64,000 nucleotides of DNA from Eledone cirrhosa (GCA_964016885.1 OZ024740.1:273606001-273670000), one strand, 5' to 3'. Shown: positions 1 to 13,693, counted from the first letter of the stretch. The notes: generated by a model not told the origin, from the sequence alone. Numbers and translations are program-made.

Positions 1-57
<57 letters not shown>

Positions 58-118
58 TATGTATGTGTCTATATAAGTGTGTGCGCGAGTACTTGCATGT
101 GAGTGTGTGTCTGTCTAT

Positions 119-247
<129 letters not shown>

Positions 248-548
248 TAGGGTTAAACCTATATATTGATATCGACTGTATGTATAATGAAATGAATTTC
301 AAGACTTGAATAAAAAATAAATTACTACATCAGGAAAAAAATAAAGCAATGACGTAGCTATAAACCTGCTGCGTTCGTTTAATTGAATTCGAGTGTGACT
401 TTATGTTTGTTTGTTTCTCTGCCTTGTCTCTGTTTATCTATATTATCTCTACTGTATTTTGTCATCATTGCTTTTACCAATTATTTTATACATAGAAAGG
501 AAGACGCACACACACACACACATACACACATACATATATATATATATT

Positions 549-624
<76 letters not shown>

Positions 625-847
625 AATGGAGTAACATGTGCTATCACACCGAGTTTTTGGTTAGAACGAAAGCTTATTGAGAAAGTAAGTCCTCTGTTCG
701 ATCTTCCAGAGACCTAACTTGTATACACCACAAGCGGACTTTGTTGATTTCGGATTTACAGAAACCTCACTACTTAGATAATCAATAATTTCGAAGTCAC
801 GGTCCAGGAATGTTATATATACAGATATATGCATGTACGTATGTATA

Positions 848-936
<89 letters not shown>

Positions 937-1171
937 CTGTGTATACATATATCTGTGTATGTGTGTGTCTGTGTATTTCCTTTTCTCACTAGTCAGTTCT
1001 TTCGTTGCTACAGATCACGCAGCTGGATTAGCGGTCGCTATTTTCAATTTGCAAAGCCCTTTAAACTGTATGTTATTACTCTGAGGTATATACCTTGTCG
1101 AGTGCTTGGCTGCACTGCTGAGGGCATTCGTTGGCTTAGCTGCTACTCGAACTTCGAATATGCTGTACTTT

Positions 1172-1204
<33 letters not shown>

Positions 1205-1205
<1 letters not shown>

Positions 1206-1809
1206 TATACTTTGGGAGGGTCATGTTGCCAAAAAGAAACACACGCACCAGATGCTTTCACTCCAATTTATTATAAATTAAATTATTAATTTAAGAATTT
1301 ATAAATATCCGGTTGCTTCGTTAATCCCACAACCGGACGGTTGTTCATATATTGTTAAAGTTCTTTCGTCACACATTCTGTGACCTTTTCAATGACTGTG
1401 GATTATTTTATTTGTTTTGTGCCTCTCCTTTGTTCTGTCCTACGCCATCTTGTTTTTGTATATGTTGTGTGCTTAGTGTGCGCATGTGTTACATCCGGGT
1501 GTCTGTGTGTGTTTTTATTTGTTTATTTATTTGTTTATTTTCATGTTACTGGTTGGTTTTTTGTTCTATGTGTGTGTGTGTTTTCATTTTGTCCTTAATT
1601 GTAAGTTGTGATGTTGCTATTCCATTCATGTTTTCTGTTTAATTTTGGTTGGAGTTCATTTATTTTTATTGTCTCTGTGATTTGTCTAAACATTGCGTCT
1701 TTTCTGTGTGTAGATTTTATTTTCATTTCTATGTTCTCTAATTTGCCCTTATGTTCTATTTTAGCATGTTGGTGGAGTATCGATGATTCTTTTTTATCTT
1801 GAAGCTCTC
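1205..1809 (-). mobile_element. Decayed Penelope-like element 3' fragment (GIY-YIG C-terminus + pseudo-LTR)
   Basis: Minus strand reads HQHAKIEHKGKLENIEMKIKSTHRKDAMFRQITETIKINELQPKLNRKHEW, like a PLE endonuclease C-terminus. It ends in ATGACCCTCCCAAAGTATAA, shared with the plus-strand copy at ~3062. Confidence 0.7.
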
Positions 1810-1928
1810 GCCAGTGAGAGCTTCAAGATAAAAAAAATAAATAAATAAAAAAGAATTATCAATATTCCACCAACATGCTAAAATAGAACGTAAGGGCAAA
1901 TTAGAGAACATAGAAATAAAAATAAAAT
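1714..1928. repeat. Foldback inverted repeat (~95-110 bp arms) centred on 1810-1815
   Basis: TTATCTTGAAGCTCTC-GCCAGT-GAGAGCTTCAAGATAA at the centre; arms extend through TTAGCATGTTGGTGGA / TCCACCAACATGCTAA. Confidence 0.9.
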
Positions 1929-1929
1929 G

Positions 1930-3130
1930 GCTTACCATGAGGTGGCTTCCCTATCTTATGTCTAGCCCTATATAAAGCCACCTCATGGTACGACAACCAG
2001 AGATACCAGAGTGTCATGTTTGTGGACGCTACCCCTGGAGGGAAATTACCTAACCAGTGTAGAAAGGCCCTGAGAAAGACCCACTTAAAGATTAAGGTGG
2101 TAGAAAAGCCAGGAACCACCATAAAATCCCTGATCAGCAAAACCTACCCTTTTAAGAAGACTCACTGTACTAATAGGAACTGTATCATATGTAAAGTAAC
2201 CCCTCGGATAAACTGTAAAACTAGAAACGTAGTCTATAGCATAAGATGTACAGAGGGTACTTGCAGAAACATGACAACAACATACATAGGCGAGACAGCT
2301 CGTAGCATAGGTGAAAGGATAGACCAATACTGGGGGGGGGGGGGAATAAAAGGACGAAAAAAAACGGTTCAGTACTATACGAACCTCCCAGACAACAACA
2401 CAACGGTAACATAGACAACATAGATATTAGAATAATATCTAAGCATAGAAATGACCCAGCAGATAGGCAAATCAGAGAGGCCAGTGAAATAGAACTTAGA
2501 AGGCCAAGAATAAACGGAAAAAATGAATTGAATAACAACAACACACAAACAAACAACACTGACCTAAGAAAAGTATAAATAAATAAATAAATAGATAAAT
2601 AAATACATACATACACAAGCACAATAACAACAAACACATATAAACGCACACTAGTAAACATGGAAGACATTAACCAATACACAGTCACCCAAAAACGAAC
2701 ACACATCAAACACAACATTATACACACACGCAAACGCATCCGCAAAGAAAACAAAAAAAACAAAACAAATGAATAAATATATAAACAGACTAACTAAAGA
2801 TGGCGTAGACATACAATGCAACGGGACGAAATAATAGCACCACTGACGATGTTGCAGATGTGCAACGAAAGAACTCTGATAGACTATATATATGTGTTTG
2901 TGTCTATATTGTATCTGTATTTTTGACCGTTGTTCAGTCAATGGCAACATTGAGGACCGAATAAATTAAATTAACCGATATAAAAGAGACAGAAGCGTAA
3001 AGCGAAAACCAACCAAACAGTGAGTGTGTTCTGTTATTAAATCTGGGAATATTACACAAATATGACCCTCCCCAAGTATAACAATATTTGTTTCGACACA
3101 CGATTTCATATCAAAAACCTCACAAAACTA
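1930..3130 (+). mobile_element. 5'-truncated Penelope-like element (Zn motif, GIY-YIG, pseudo-LTR)
   Basis: ORF 2016-2414 has CxxxxCxxC, NVVY...YIGETARSIGERI. A frameshifted tail reads DPADRQIREASEIELRRPRINGKNE. AC-rich 3' region ends in (TA)n. Confidence 0.85.
2838..2882 (+). ncRNA. Minimal hammerhead ribozyme-like motif
   Basis: CTGACGA-T-GTTGCA-GATG-TGCAAC-GAAA-GAAC-TC; stem I is weak. Confidence 0.55.
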
Positions 3131-3133
3131 ATA

Positions 3134-3263
<130 letters not shown>

Positions 3264-3300
3264 TATATTTATACATATATATATATACATACATTTGTAT

Positions 3301-3489
3301 ATAACGAAGGAGCTGTGGTAAGGAACCAGATGGACCTTAACGCACGAGAGTACTCAATACTTAGGGTAGCAGAGTCGGTAATAGGAAAATGTATAACCCC
3401 GAAGGCAGAGCTCACGCCGTTTTGAACGGCTATTGAAATAGCCGTCGAAACGGTTTGAGCTCTGCCGTCGGGGTCATACATTTTCCTAT
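3301..3489 (-). mobile_element. ~190 bp hairpin element, family A copy 1, inserted in (TA)n
   Basis: Homologous to 13737-13931 and 43221-43409; hairpin 3381-3489. Confidence 0.8.
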
Positions 3490-3517
3490 ATTTATATATA
3501 TATATATATATATACAC

Positions 3518-3685
<168 letters not shown>

Positions 3686-4343
3686 GTGTGTATGTGTGTG
3701 GTGTATTAGATGCGTGTTCTACAATTAAAATAAATAACTAATTATACACTTGTTAAGGTGTGTGGGTATGGAAGGAATATCACTATAGATTCTAGCAACT
3801 GGTGGTGAGGGTTAGGTTAATTTTAAGATTAAGTTTATAAATTAGAAAATAAGGAATTGTTATTTCATTAAAATATCAGTATTAAGTTAGGTTGTCCAAA
3901 ATAGAAACTTAACTTTTTGATTTTATTCCCCAACAATGGAAATTAGTTGTAAACTCATGTGTACATGTCAATGTAGGTATAACCAACAAGACGGCGATTT
4001 GTTTGCTTACGTATACTGGTGATTGTTAAACGGAAAGTTCGGTTTATTAACAACACATCTTGCATTGTGGTTGGTGTACTTTGTGCATCGGATTTAACAG
4101 CACATGTATATTATCTCATACAACGTGGTAATATTATTAAGAAGGGGAGATTTTTATGTATATTAACACACACACACACACACAAACACAGACAGACACA
4201 GATGCACAGACACAGGCCCACACATACAGACACATACATATATGTATATATAGTGAAAAAAGAATAAGGTTAGACAACTTAAATCCATTCTTTAATTACT
4301 TCGTACGTTTCTTTACAGGTGCTAATAGTATATATATATATAA

Positions 4344-4379
<36 letters not shown>

Positions 4380-4384
4380 TTACC

Positions 4385-4577
4385 AGGTGTGAATTGGCAG
4401 TATCGGTAGAGAGTCGGACGCCATGCTTTCCAGCATAGTTACGTCCCTTTACGGTCTGAGTTCAAATCCCGCCGAGGTTAACTTTGCCTTTCATCCTTAC
4501 GGGGTCGATAAAATAATGTACCAGTAATGCACTGGGTATTTGTTGGCCTTGTGCCTAAAGTAGAAACAATTATTATT
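4385..4577 (+). mobile_element. tRNA-derived SINE (Meta-domain-like) with (ATT)n tail
   Basis: B-box GAGTTCAAATCCC, followed by AACTTTGCCTTTCATCCTTACGGGGTCGATAAAATAATGTACCAG; second copy at 35372. Confidence 0.8.
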
Positions 4578-4591
4578 ATATATATATATAT

Positions 4592-4755
4592 AAATAATAA
4601 TAATAATAATTGTTTCTAATTTGGCACAGGGCCAGCAATAAACCAATGTATTACTGGTATTTTATTTTACGGAGTCGATAAAATAAAGTACCAGTAATAC
4701 ACTGGGTATTTGGTGGCATTGTGCCAAAAATAGAAACAATTATTATTATTATTAT
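4592..4755. repeat. Palindrome formed from two inverted SINE 3' ends
   Basis: TGTTTCTAATTTGGCACA...TTACTGGTATTTTATTTTA versus TAAAATAAAGTACCAGTAA...TGTGCCAAAAATAGAAACA. Confidence 0.8.
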
Positions 4756-4794
4756 TAATATATATATATATATATATATATAAATTAATAAAAA

Positions 4795-4967
4795 TAATGA
4801 ATAAAAACAAAGAAACAGTTCCTTATATTAAAAAATTCATCATTTTACGATCGTTTCTAGGATATATATGTGTTTGTGTTGGTATGTATATCATATAGAT
4901 CTATGTAAAATGTTTACAAACTATCAGAGGGAATATACATACCTACACATATATATGTTGTCTACAG
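4795..4967 (-). ncRNA. Diverged solo copy of the long-stem-II hammerhead / pseudo-LTR end of the Naiad-like PLE
   Basis: Aligns to 48972-49170. Minus strand reads CTGTAGA (core mutated)...long stem II...GAAA-CGATCG-TA-AAATGATGAA. Confidence 0.75.
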
Positions 4968-4979
4968 CATATATATGTG

Positions 4980-6254
4980 TTACACTGGGAGATCCTAGTT
5001 AGGGCTAAATCGTATAACGGAAATAAAAAAAAACATGTGACCTCTGCGCCGCTGAGGCCCTGGAAATACTCTACGCCACAGACCACTTCTTAAACAAAAA
5101 ATCTGAGGCAATTTCGGCTTGTAAACATAAATTGCACAAAACTTTCCTGTATGACAGCCCCACGTTATACCCTAACGGATAGTACGATCTATACGTGGAT
5201 ATTTTACGTCTTGATGTGGTAGCTAAGTATATGTTTTGTTTATACCATTACTTATTTGCATAGGTAAGTATATATTACCTGTATGTGTTGTGAAGGTACG
5301 TATACTTTCTCGTACATATATTTGATTGTATATGATATGGCGTATAATTTTTTTTATATATTCTGGTACATACGGTTTGGTTATGTGTGTACGGGAGTTT
5401 TGCGTCTGTGTGAGTATGCAGGTTCGTTCGTATGTAGGGTGTGTGTATATGTGTACGTCATGCTTTGGTTGACGTCGTCTCCGAACATTTGTGTATTTAC
5501 ATGTAAGTATGTGTGTGCGATTGTTCTATACGTATTTATTTATTTATATACGTTTATTTAATTATTTATTTATTTGTATACACACACACACTCATTTTTA
5601 TATGTGCGTTGTTTTGTATACCTATGGCAAGTGTTTTCGCGTTTGCTCGTGTATGTACGTATTTGCATGCGTGTATGTATTGATTTAATTTCTATTACCT
5701 CTGTATTGTATTTTATTTACTTTATTCTTAACTCTGAAGCGGAGATTCACTCGGTTTCCTAGTTAGAACTTTAGTCTACGACTTCAGCTATGCCATTTAC
5801 GTGGTTTTGTCTTTGCGTGCAATTGTTCTCCACGCTCCACATATGACGTATTATCTTCGTTTTTTTCCGTTCATTGCCAGAGAAATTCTCTATGAACCAC
5901 CTAAGGGAACATTAGTCTACGACTTCTTTTATACCATAAACGTGGTTCTGTCTTTGCGCGTAATTGTTTTTCACCGCTCCTATCGTTCTTTGCCAGGGAA
6001 CGTTTCCACGAACCAAAGTATCGTCTTCCTGTCTTCCTTCGGTTGCAATGTTTTTTTAAATATCCACTTCTGCGTTTACAGATTGACTTTGTTAGTTTCA
6101 GAAGATCCCGTTAAGGGTGAAAGCAGCGATTCTTTGCTTAAACTTTAATCTGTTATTTTAATAAATATTTGCTCTATGGTTCTTATATATTTGATATATA
6201 TTTATCCTTATCGAGCCCTCTTTGGATTTTAGTCTTCAAATTTATTATTATTAC

Positions 6255-6260
<6 letters not shown>
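4980..6260 (+). mobile_element. 3' fragment of a second Naiad-like PLE family (GIY-YIG C-terminus 4980-5182 + pseudo-LTR)
   Basis: With one frameshift it translates WEILVRAKSYNGNKK/TCDLCAAEALEILYATDHFLNKKSEAISACKHKLHKTFLY, aligning to WSVLKRATPYQNNRKECRLCSQELFEIMKSRDILLNKRQELIISCNHKLKKTFKY of the large PLE. 5602-6260 is homologous to 44341-45160. Confidence 0.8.
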
Positions 6261-6319
<59 letters not shown>

Positions 6320-6342
6320 ATATATATATATACAAAATATTA

Positions 6343-7164
6343 TAGGGATGAACACTGATACAAGTATACATGTGTTTGAATTGCAAATGACCAAGTTAGC
6401 TAGGTTGAAAAATACTAATTTAAAATAATATAATTTGCCTGTCTCGATTTAAAATAATAAATCAATAAAAATAAAAATATCAAACCTATATTGGCAATGG
6501 CCGTGATACCCGGACAAATTCTAAATTTGTTTCGCAACAATTATTAAGTGAAAGTCACTGTTCCTGTGCTCTTCTGCGGGTATCCAGGAAATTCGTACCT
6601 TTCACTTCAAAATACTTAAGAAGAGTGAGAAACATGTGTTTTTGAACGCACTGTGTCACAGCACCTAACTCGTCTCATACTCGTGCTGCTAAACATAGCA
6701 GCTGGTTTTATGGGACTAAAATTAGCTCAACGTATGGAGCCGAGAATATCATATATTGAGTTATAAACTCGAAATAGTCTTTTACAATTAAATAGTTCAA
6801 ACAAGGGAATATTTCCGAGCCGCGTAATACAAATGAATATATGAGAGGGATGAACACTGATACAAGTATACATGTGTTCAAATTGCAAATGACCAAGTTA
6901 GCTAGGTTGAAAAATACAATTGTCAATATAGGTTTGTTATTTTTTATTTTTATTGATTTATTATTTTAAGTCGAGACAGGCAAACCATATTATTTTAAAT
7001 TAGTATTTTTCAACCTAACTTGGTCATTTGCAATTCGAACACATGTATACTTGTATCAGTGCTCATCCCTCTAATATATTTATTTGTATTATGCGGCTCG
7101 GAAATATTCCCTTGTTTGAACTATTTAATTGTAAAAGACTATTTCGAGTTTATAACTCAATATA

Positions 7165-7170
<6 letters not shown>
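6343..7170. repeat. Compound foldback element (arms 6746-6917 / 7003-7170; loop is an inverted copy of 6415-6497)
   Basis: GGGATGAACACTGATACAAGTATACATGTG occurs at 6345 and 6847, and inverted at 7040-7069; flanked by (TA)n. Confidence 0.85.
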
Positions 7171-7260
<90 letters not shown>

Positions 7261-7364
7261 GTGTGTGTGTGTGTGTGTGTAAAGGGTAAACAGAAGCAAC
7301 AACACAATCAGTACAGTATATGGAAGGGATATATTAGGTTAACGCTTGATATAACAGGAAGAGG

Positions 7365-7400
7365 GTCTTAACGTTCCGGACGCTAGTCTTCATCAGAATA
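7365..7400 (-). ncRNA. Degenerate minimal hammerhead in a PLE pseudo-LTR remnant
   Basis: Minus strand reads TTCTGATGA-AGAC-TAGC-GTCC-GGAA-CGTT-A, with GAAA mutated to GGAA. Confidence 0.45.
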
Positions 7401-7981
7401 CAGAATGAGAAATAAGATAGATTGGGGGGACGGGCGGGTTGGAATTGAAAAAAATGTATTTAGATAAAAATAATAGTTCCATTCATGTTGACATCTCTTG
7501 CAAATATATATATATATGTATATATATATATGTGTGTGTGTTTTTGTGTAACTGGTAATCAGGTAACATGTGAATCAATTACAACCACATATTCAAAACT
7601 GATTGTTGTATTATTTACATTATTCGGAAGCAATAGGAAAGTTGCTTTACCTACTAGATAGTGAGATCAACTCCTTGTTTTCAGTCGATGGATACTTTCT
7701 CAAGCAGCTGTTCCTTGTGATCTTGAGCAAGATTCATCATTTCCCGTGGCTTGTAATCAAATGATTGGGGTATTATCACTAAATCGAACATGAAATATGT
7801 TTGTCTTAAACCTAGTTGAAATTCATATTAATTTATTCGGGGACATTGAAGTTACAGATAAGTAGAAAACCACAATTCATTGTTTATTGTCCCCCAAAAT
7901 TGATTGAATAAATCCCCAGTTGGTTCAAATATAAATAACTTTAATATAATAAATAAGGCGATCAATTAACAAACTATTTAA

Positions 7982-8201
7982 CCCTTTAGCATTTAAACCG
8001 GCCATATCCGGCCAGAATTATCTCACCTTTTTCTGTTCAAACTGGCCATAAATGGCCGCTCATAATATCGTTGAGTTATTGTTTTCAAAATATATAAGAT
8101 CAAAATCTCATAGATCCGATATTATATGAGATATTATGTAAGATAAAGCCTTTACCACAAAAATACAATAGTATATACAGAGTAATATACATTCTAAAGG
8201 G
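7982..8201. mobile_element. piggyBac-type MITE
   Basis: TTAA|CCCTTTAG ... CTAAAGGG|TTAA: short TIRs starting CCC with a TTAA duplication. Confidence 0.75.
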
Positions 8202-11200
8202 TTAAAGAGTCGCATTGATTACCTTGTGGCTGTTTGAACTCAGATCCCATCAAGGTAAATATTTTCTTGTTATCTCGGTAGCATCGCTAAAAGGAGTACC
8301 CATTTTGGAGTTGATTCTTCATCTCTCACTCTTTTCTCTTTCTCTTCTCCTCATACTCTCTCTCCGTTTCTTTCTTTTAGGTCAGACCTGGAGTGGACTG
8401 GGGTAATCCTGATTTACTTACTGCATTCCACGTTCTTATCCGTGCAACTATATCAGGATTTGAATATTCACGGAAAGGTGGGAATGAATATAAGCATCGT
8501 TTTGGTAGCGTTTATTGCTTAGCAACATCTCCACCGCCATAGAAAGATCTGTGATTAAAAGCCTTTCTCTGTATTACGGATGACATGACCATATATATAT
8601 TTATTTTTTCAATTATTACCATCAACCTGATCATCTATGTTTAGAATTCCTCTTTGACTAAGTAGCAGAAGGATGATGCTGTTATTTCCTAGACCTGTCT
8701 GGCTGTGTAGATGTTTGGCTAAAGTCATTCCAGTTCTGATCATCTTGTTTTTTAACAGAATTCTTTAAAATGTGTCAATTCCTTACTTAAGGCCATAAAG
8801 GAATTGATAGTGCGAACTTGACGGTAGTCTCAGTATTCAGTGGGTAATCGTATCCGACTTATACGTAATAACAGTAGTTCAATAATATTTCACAGATAAA
8901 CAATGTTCAGATATTGTCCGTCTACAGCAGAACCAGAACTGAATTTGGAATCTAGTACAAGCCATTAATTTCAACTATTTCCTCAGACATGACACCATAG
9001 CTAGCAATACTATTTTACATTAAACCCAGATATTAACACCAAATTACTCGACAATATTTGCAGTTATTTTGTCAAACGCGTTGAGTTAAACAAAAACAGG
9101 CAATATGCAGAGGAATTTAACTTGATGTTTTAGAAATTCGTAAGAATACTGTATTGCATTTAAGTAGTCTGTTCACTACACTCGATGAATTACAAGTGTC
9201 CACTTATGATATTAATGATAGCCTTTTAGAAGAAAATATTTTGGGCTAGCAAACAAGAGCACTTTATAGGAAGACCCTTATTAGAAAAATAATAATCTTC
9301 AATCCATTTGCCAATGAGGGAGTCTTTTTGTATTTAGTTGGCTTGCTAGAAATAGTAGAAAAATCGCTTCTCATTAATTACCCACCGTATAAAAATAAGT
9401 CTAAGATGGAAGAATTTTTCTTCATTTACTTATTTCTTTATTTTTAGACATTATGATGTGCAGGTCCCATAATGTTTGAACGTTCACACAGACTGTTGAA
9501 ATTTATGTATTCAATGTCCTGGCTGAACCCTTATAGGTAGGGAAAGGAAACCGGAAGTCTGGATGAAATCAACTGAGTGTACAGCTCGCTCTGTAGACAT
9601 GAAGCAGAGAAAGAAAGAGACAGGGGAGAAAGAAAGAAAGGAAAGAAGATATTGAGATTGGGTGAGAAATTCAAAGATAAAAAGAGTAAGAGAAAGAGAA
9701 GGAGGTATTGATAAACAATGAGACTTAACACGGATAATGTGTAGGCGATGCTATGAACAAAGGGATATAAACATTTTTCTGATATTTGAAATGAAAGTGA
9801 AAAGGAAGAAAGAGATAATTATATGTTATGAGGTATGAAAGTGAAAGTAATTAGTCTACTTTTCAACACACTTAATCTACACTTTAAAGCACTTGAAAGG
9901 CTAGAGAATTTCTTAATGTATATGATAAATCTCTTTAGTGTGTCATCATAATGTAATTTTGTAATGGTATAGGCAGTAACTAAACAACATCATCAAATTT
10001 TCTGTATCTTGAATGATGTCAAATAAATGCTATCTTTCTCATATAGGAAGTTATTTGCAGATTATTCAGCTGTTTTATAAACATGGTCTAAGACATTTCT
10101 GAGACATTTATGCATCACAGTGTAAAATACTGAATAACGATGGGGAATTCCTAAAAATTCATAATTTGATATACGTTCGGGTTCCTATTGAACCATTTCA
10201 CTCAATTTGCATTCAATATATTTGATCAAGGGTTACATACCTTAAGCTCATTATAGTCAATAGCTTAAATAAGTGTTGATAAGATAACAGTCGAACAAGG
10301 CAAACGTTATGAAATCCAAATTGTATTTTCATGCGAATAGTTCTACTCTTCGCATGCTTCTGTACGCTTATGTCGGGTGGTAGATGGCATTTTCCTCAAT
10401 AGATAAAGCAATTGTGAATCTATAAACTTCTTCGTTTGGCCTTGATGGTTGCCGCAATTGAATTTGTCAGTTTGTTCGCATATTGGATCAGAGATTAGAT
10501 GGCAAAAATAGTGGAGCAGCAGATTTCTGTGTGCAGGTCCCACATTCATTTCATTTATCTAAATGTTGAGAAATTAATTTAATTAACTGTTAAGAGCAAC
10601 AATTACAATTACATTTAGCAAAACGTGAAGCAAAGAAGTCTCTTTAGTGTTTATTTGTTTGTATTTTTGTTTTTAAGTTCAAATCACAATGAAACAATGT
10701 CGATCATTTAAAATATATGGCTTATTAATCTCTACATCAGTCCGATATTATGGTTGAGCCATTCCTATGTGTTATACCCTGTCTTATGATTATGAACGAG
10801 TGTTATATCCTGTCTTATGAATATGACGAATGATTTCGTCTGACAACGGTTCCGGCACATTTTGAACAGGATTTTGCACGTTTCTTAGCAGCGACTATCT
10901 TCTCTTCGACACTAGGGGTCATGGAAATCTCCACGACAGTTTTTGGAGGTCTTGTTCGACAGTGTGTGTAACAGTCTAGTCTGAAAATAAATCAAAATAA
11001 ATCCAAAATTATAGGGTCGGTAAGTATGAAATTTGTAGAAGTTTGTAGAATAAAACAACAAATCTCTACAAATATAATGACGACCCAATAATATGAAATA
11101 GAAATAAAGAGTGTCGAGATGGTAATGATTGTAATGTGATGTTATTTGTAAGGATTGTGATTTGATGAATGGTGATGCTGCTAATAATGTTGATAATGCT

Positions 11201-11387
11201 AATGATGATAATGGTGTTGGTGGTTGTGATGATGATAATGGTGATAATAATGAGCAGAATAATAATAATAATAATGATGATGATGATGATATTTATGGCA
11301 GGTAATAATGATGGTGCTGCTGCTTCTGCCGATGTTGATGATGATCGGGATAATGATAGGTTGAAAACTGAGGAAGACCACGACAAT

Positions 11388-11510
11388 TTCTTCTTCTTCT
11401 TCTTCTTCTTCTTCTTCTTCTTCTTCTTCTTCTTCTTCTTCTTCTTCTTCTTCTTCTTCTTCTTCTTCTTCTTCTTCTTCTTCTTCTTCTTCTTCTTCTT
11501 CTTCTTCTTC
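11388..11510 (+). repeat. (TTC)n microsatellite within ATG/ATA triplet low-complexity region
   Basis: Perfect TTC run. Confidence 0.95.
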
Positions 11511-11669
11511 CACCTCCCACTCCTTCCCCTTCTCCATCTTCTTATTATGATGATGATGACAACGACGATGACGATGATAGAGATGACAGAAGGGCTCAGC
11601 TTCTATTACTTTCTAATCATGTAGTTTCTTGGTGACATGAGAGCTGCTTCAGAGTGCTATATATATTTC

Positions 11670-11727
<58 letters not shown>

Positions 11728-12393
11728 TGTGTGTGTGTGTGTGTGTGTGTGATTGAGGGTATTCATATGAGAAAGAATTATATGGGAAAGTATCATGTTT
11801 CATTTGACACCGTTATATCACATCAGGGAGAGGAGATGGGGTTATGTAGGGGTGTTTTGAAGTGGAAAATTTGGGCATATTAGAAACTAGGAATGATGAC
11901 TGTTGTCATGACGTAGGGGTTGACATGGTGACAGTAATAGTGCTGTTACAGGTAGTAATACTAATCGCTGTGGTGCTTATAAGGTGACAGATTTCGTCAT
12001 ACCAATGTTTTAACCACACATCACAAATTCATGCTTAAAATAAAAACGAAACGAAAATTACAAGAAATTTATATAACAACAAAAATAACTCAAAATAATG
12101 GAAACAAAATCAAAATTTATAAATATAAATTAAAATAAAACACATGACGATTCAGCAACATTGAGTCTGATTGGTACAAAACTGGGTTTTCGGTGTTTAA
12201 ATGGGTTCCTCATCTTTCCGGAGATCCTAAAATCAATGTAACTCAACTCTCTATTTGATCCAATGTCAACCGAGAAAATCGAGTTTTATTTATGAATATT
12301 CAAAATACGCAAACTCTCACACACATACATTCACACATACACACGCACACATACACATACACACACATACATATGAATATATGTGTGTGTTTG

Positions 12394-12426
<33 letters not shown>

Positions 12427-12476
12427 ACATATTAATATATATATATATAAGTATATATATTGTATATAATATATAA

Positions 12477-12508
<32 letters not shown>

Positions 12509-13281
12509 CTGTTATATATAGTTGTACTATATGTTGATTTTCGTTATTTTTAAATTTAATTTACACTATCTATATTTTATAGTTCGTTTTATTTGAATTT
12601 TCGTTATATTTTTGGTATCTTTAAGAATTTCATTATTTATTTATTACAATTCCGTTCGATTTAAATATTTTTGTTTATATATTCTTTCATTTAGTTTTCT
12701 ACTTATTCAGTTGAAAGATCTGCATAACACATTTTTAGTTAGAAGACATCTCCTTACATAACAAACATTTAGAAAGACACTTTGCTTTCTCTCGCTCTCC
12801 TTCTCACTCATTCTGGGTATGTGTGTGTATATATATATATATATATCTACCAATACATATATATATATATGGAAATATTTATATATGTGTGTATGTATAT
12901 ATTTATATGTGTGTATCTATATATATATGAAATATATATATATATATATATATATGTGTGAATTTATATGTATATATATATATATATCCATATCCTTATA
13001 CTTACATATATATGTACATACATGCATACATATGTAATACATGCATAAATAAATACATACATATGGGATAGTCCTCCATTGCTTTCGGTGATTAGTGTGT
13101 CTCCTGAGCAGTGGTGATTGTGAAGCCCTTCTCCGAGCGTATTACTGGTGAGAGAGAGGTTAAATATATATATATAACTTGGAATCAATGGTCGCTAAGA
13201 ATATGATACAAGAAGATGATACGATTTGTTGTGTAACCAAAAATACATTCCCACCTGTAAGTACACAAACAACATTAAAAT

Positions 13282-13322
<41 letters not shown>

Positions 13323-13693
13323 TCCTCATAACGCAACGCAAATATAAATGCTGGAACGCCGATATAAGATATGCGCGCACCCCACACACACGGGCACGCT
13401 TGCAACAGATTTAAATAGATTCCCTGGAAACACAAACGGAAACACCAGATGAAAAATAGGAACCTATTCATCCCACCCTATTTCCTTGATTGTTACACTC
13501 TGTACATGTAACATGCGCATTCCTACACATACATTCCTACACAAACAAACAAGTTTACCCTTACATAATAAATACCAACATGACCCGAATACACAACACA
13601 CACACATATATAGTTATATATACATACATACATACATGTATATATATATATGTATAGATATATATATAAATACACACACACACACACACACAC

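Noticed and set aside
6092-6140. CAGAAGA-TCCC-GTTAA-GGGT-GAAA-GCAGC as a functional hammerhead (also at 44380 and 45004)
   Set aside because: The core has A in place of U in all three copies and no stem I pairing is visible; at most a vestige.
10343-10549. Cys-containing 68-aa ORF
   Set aside because: Short, with no complete domain pattern on either strand.
10788-10832. ~31-bp tandem duplication
   Set aside because: Only two units with no spacers; not CRISPR-like.
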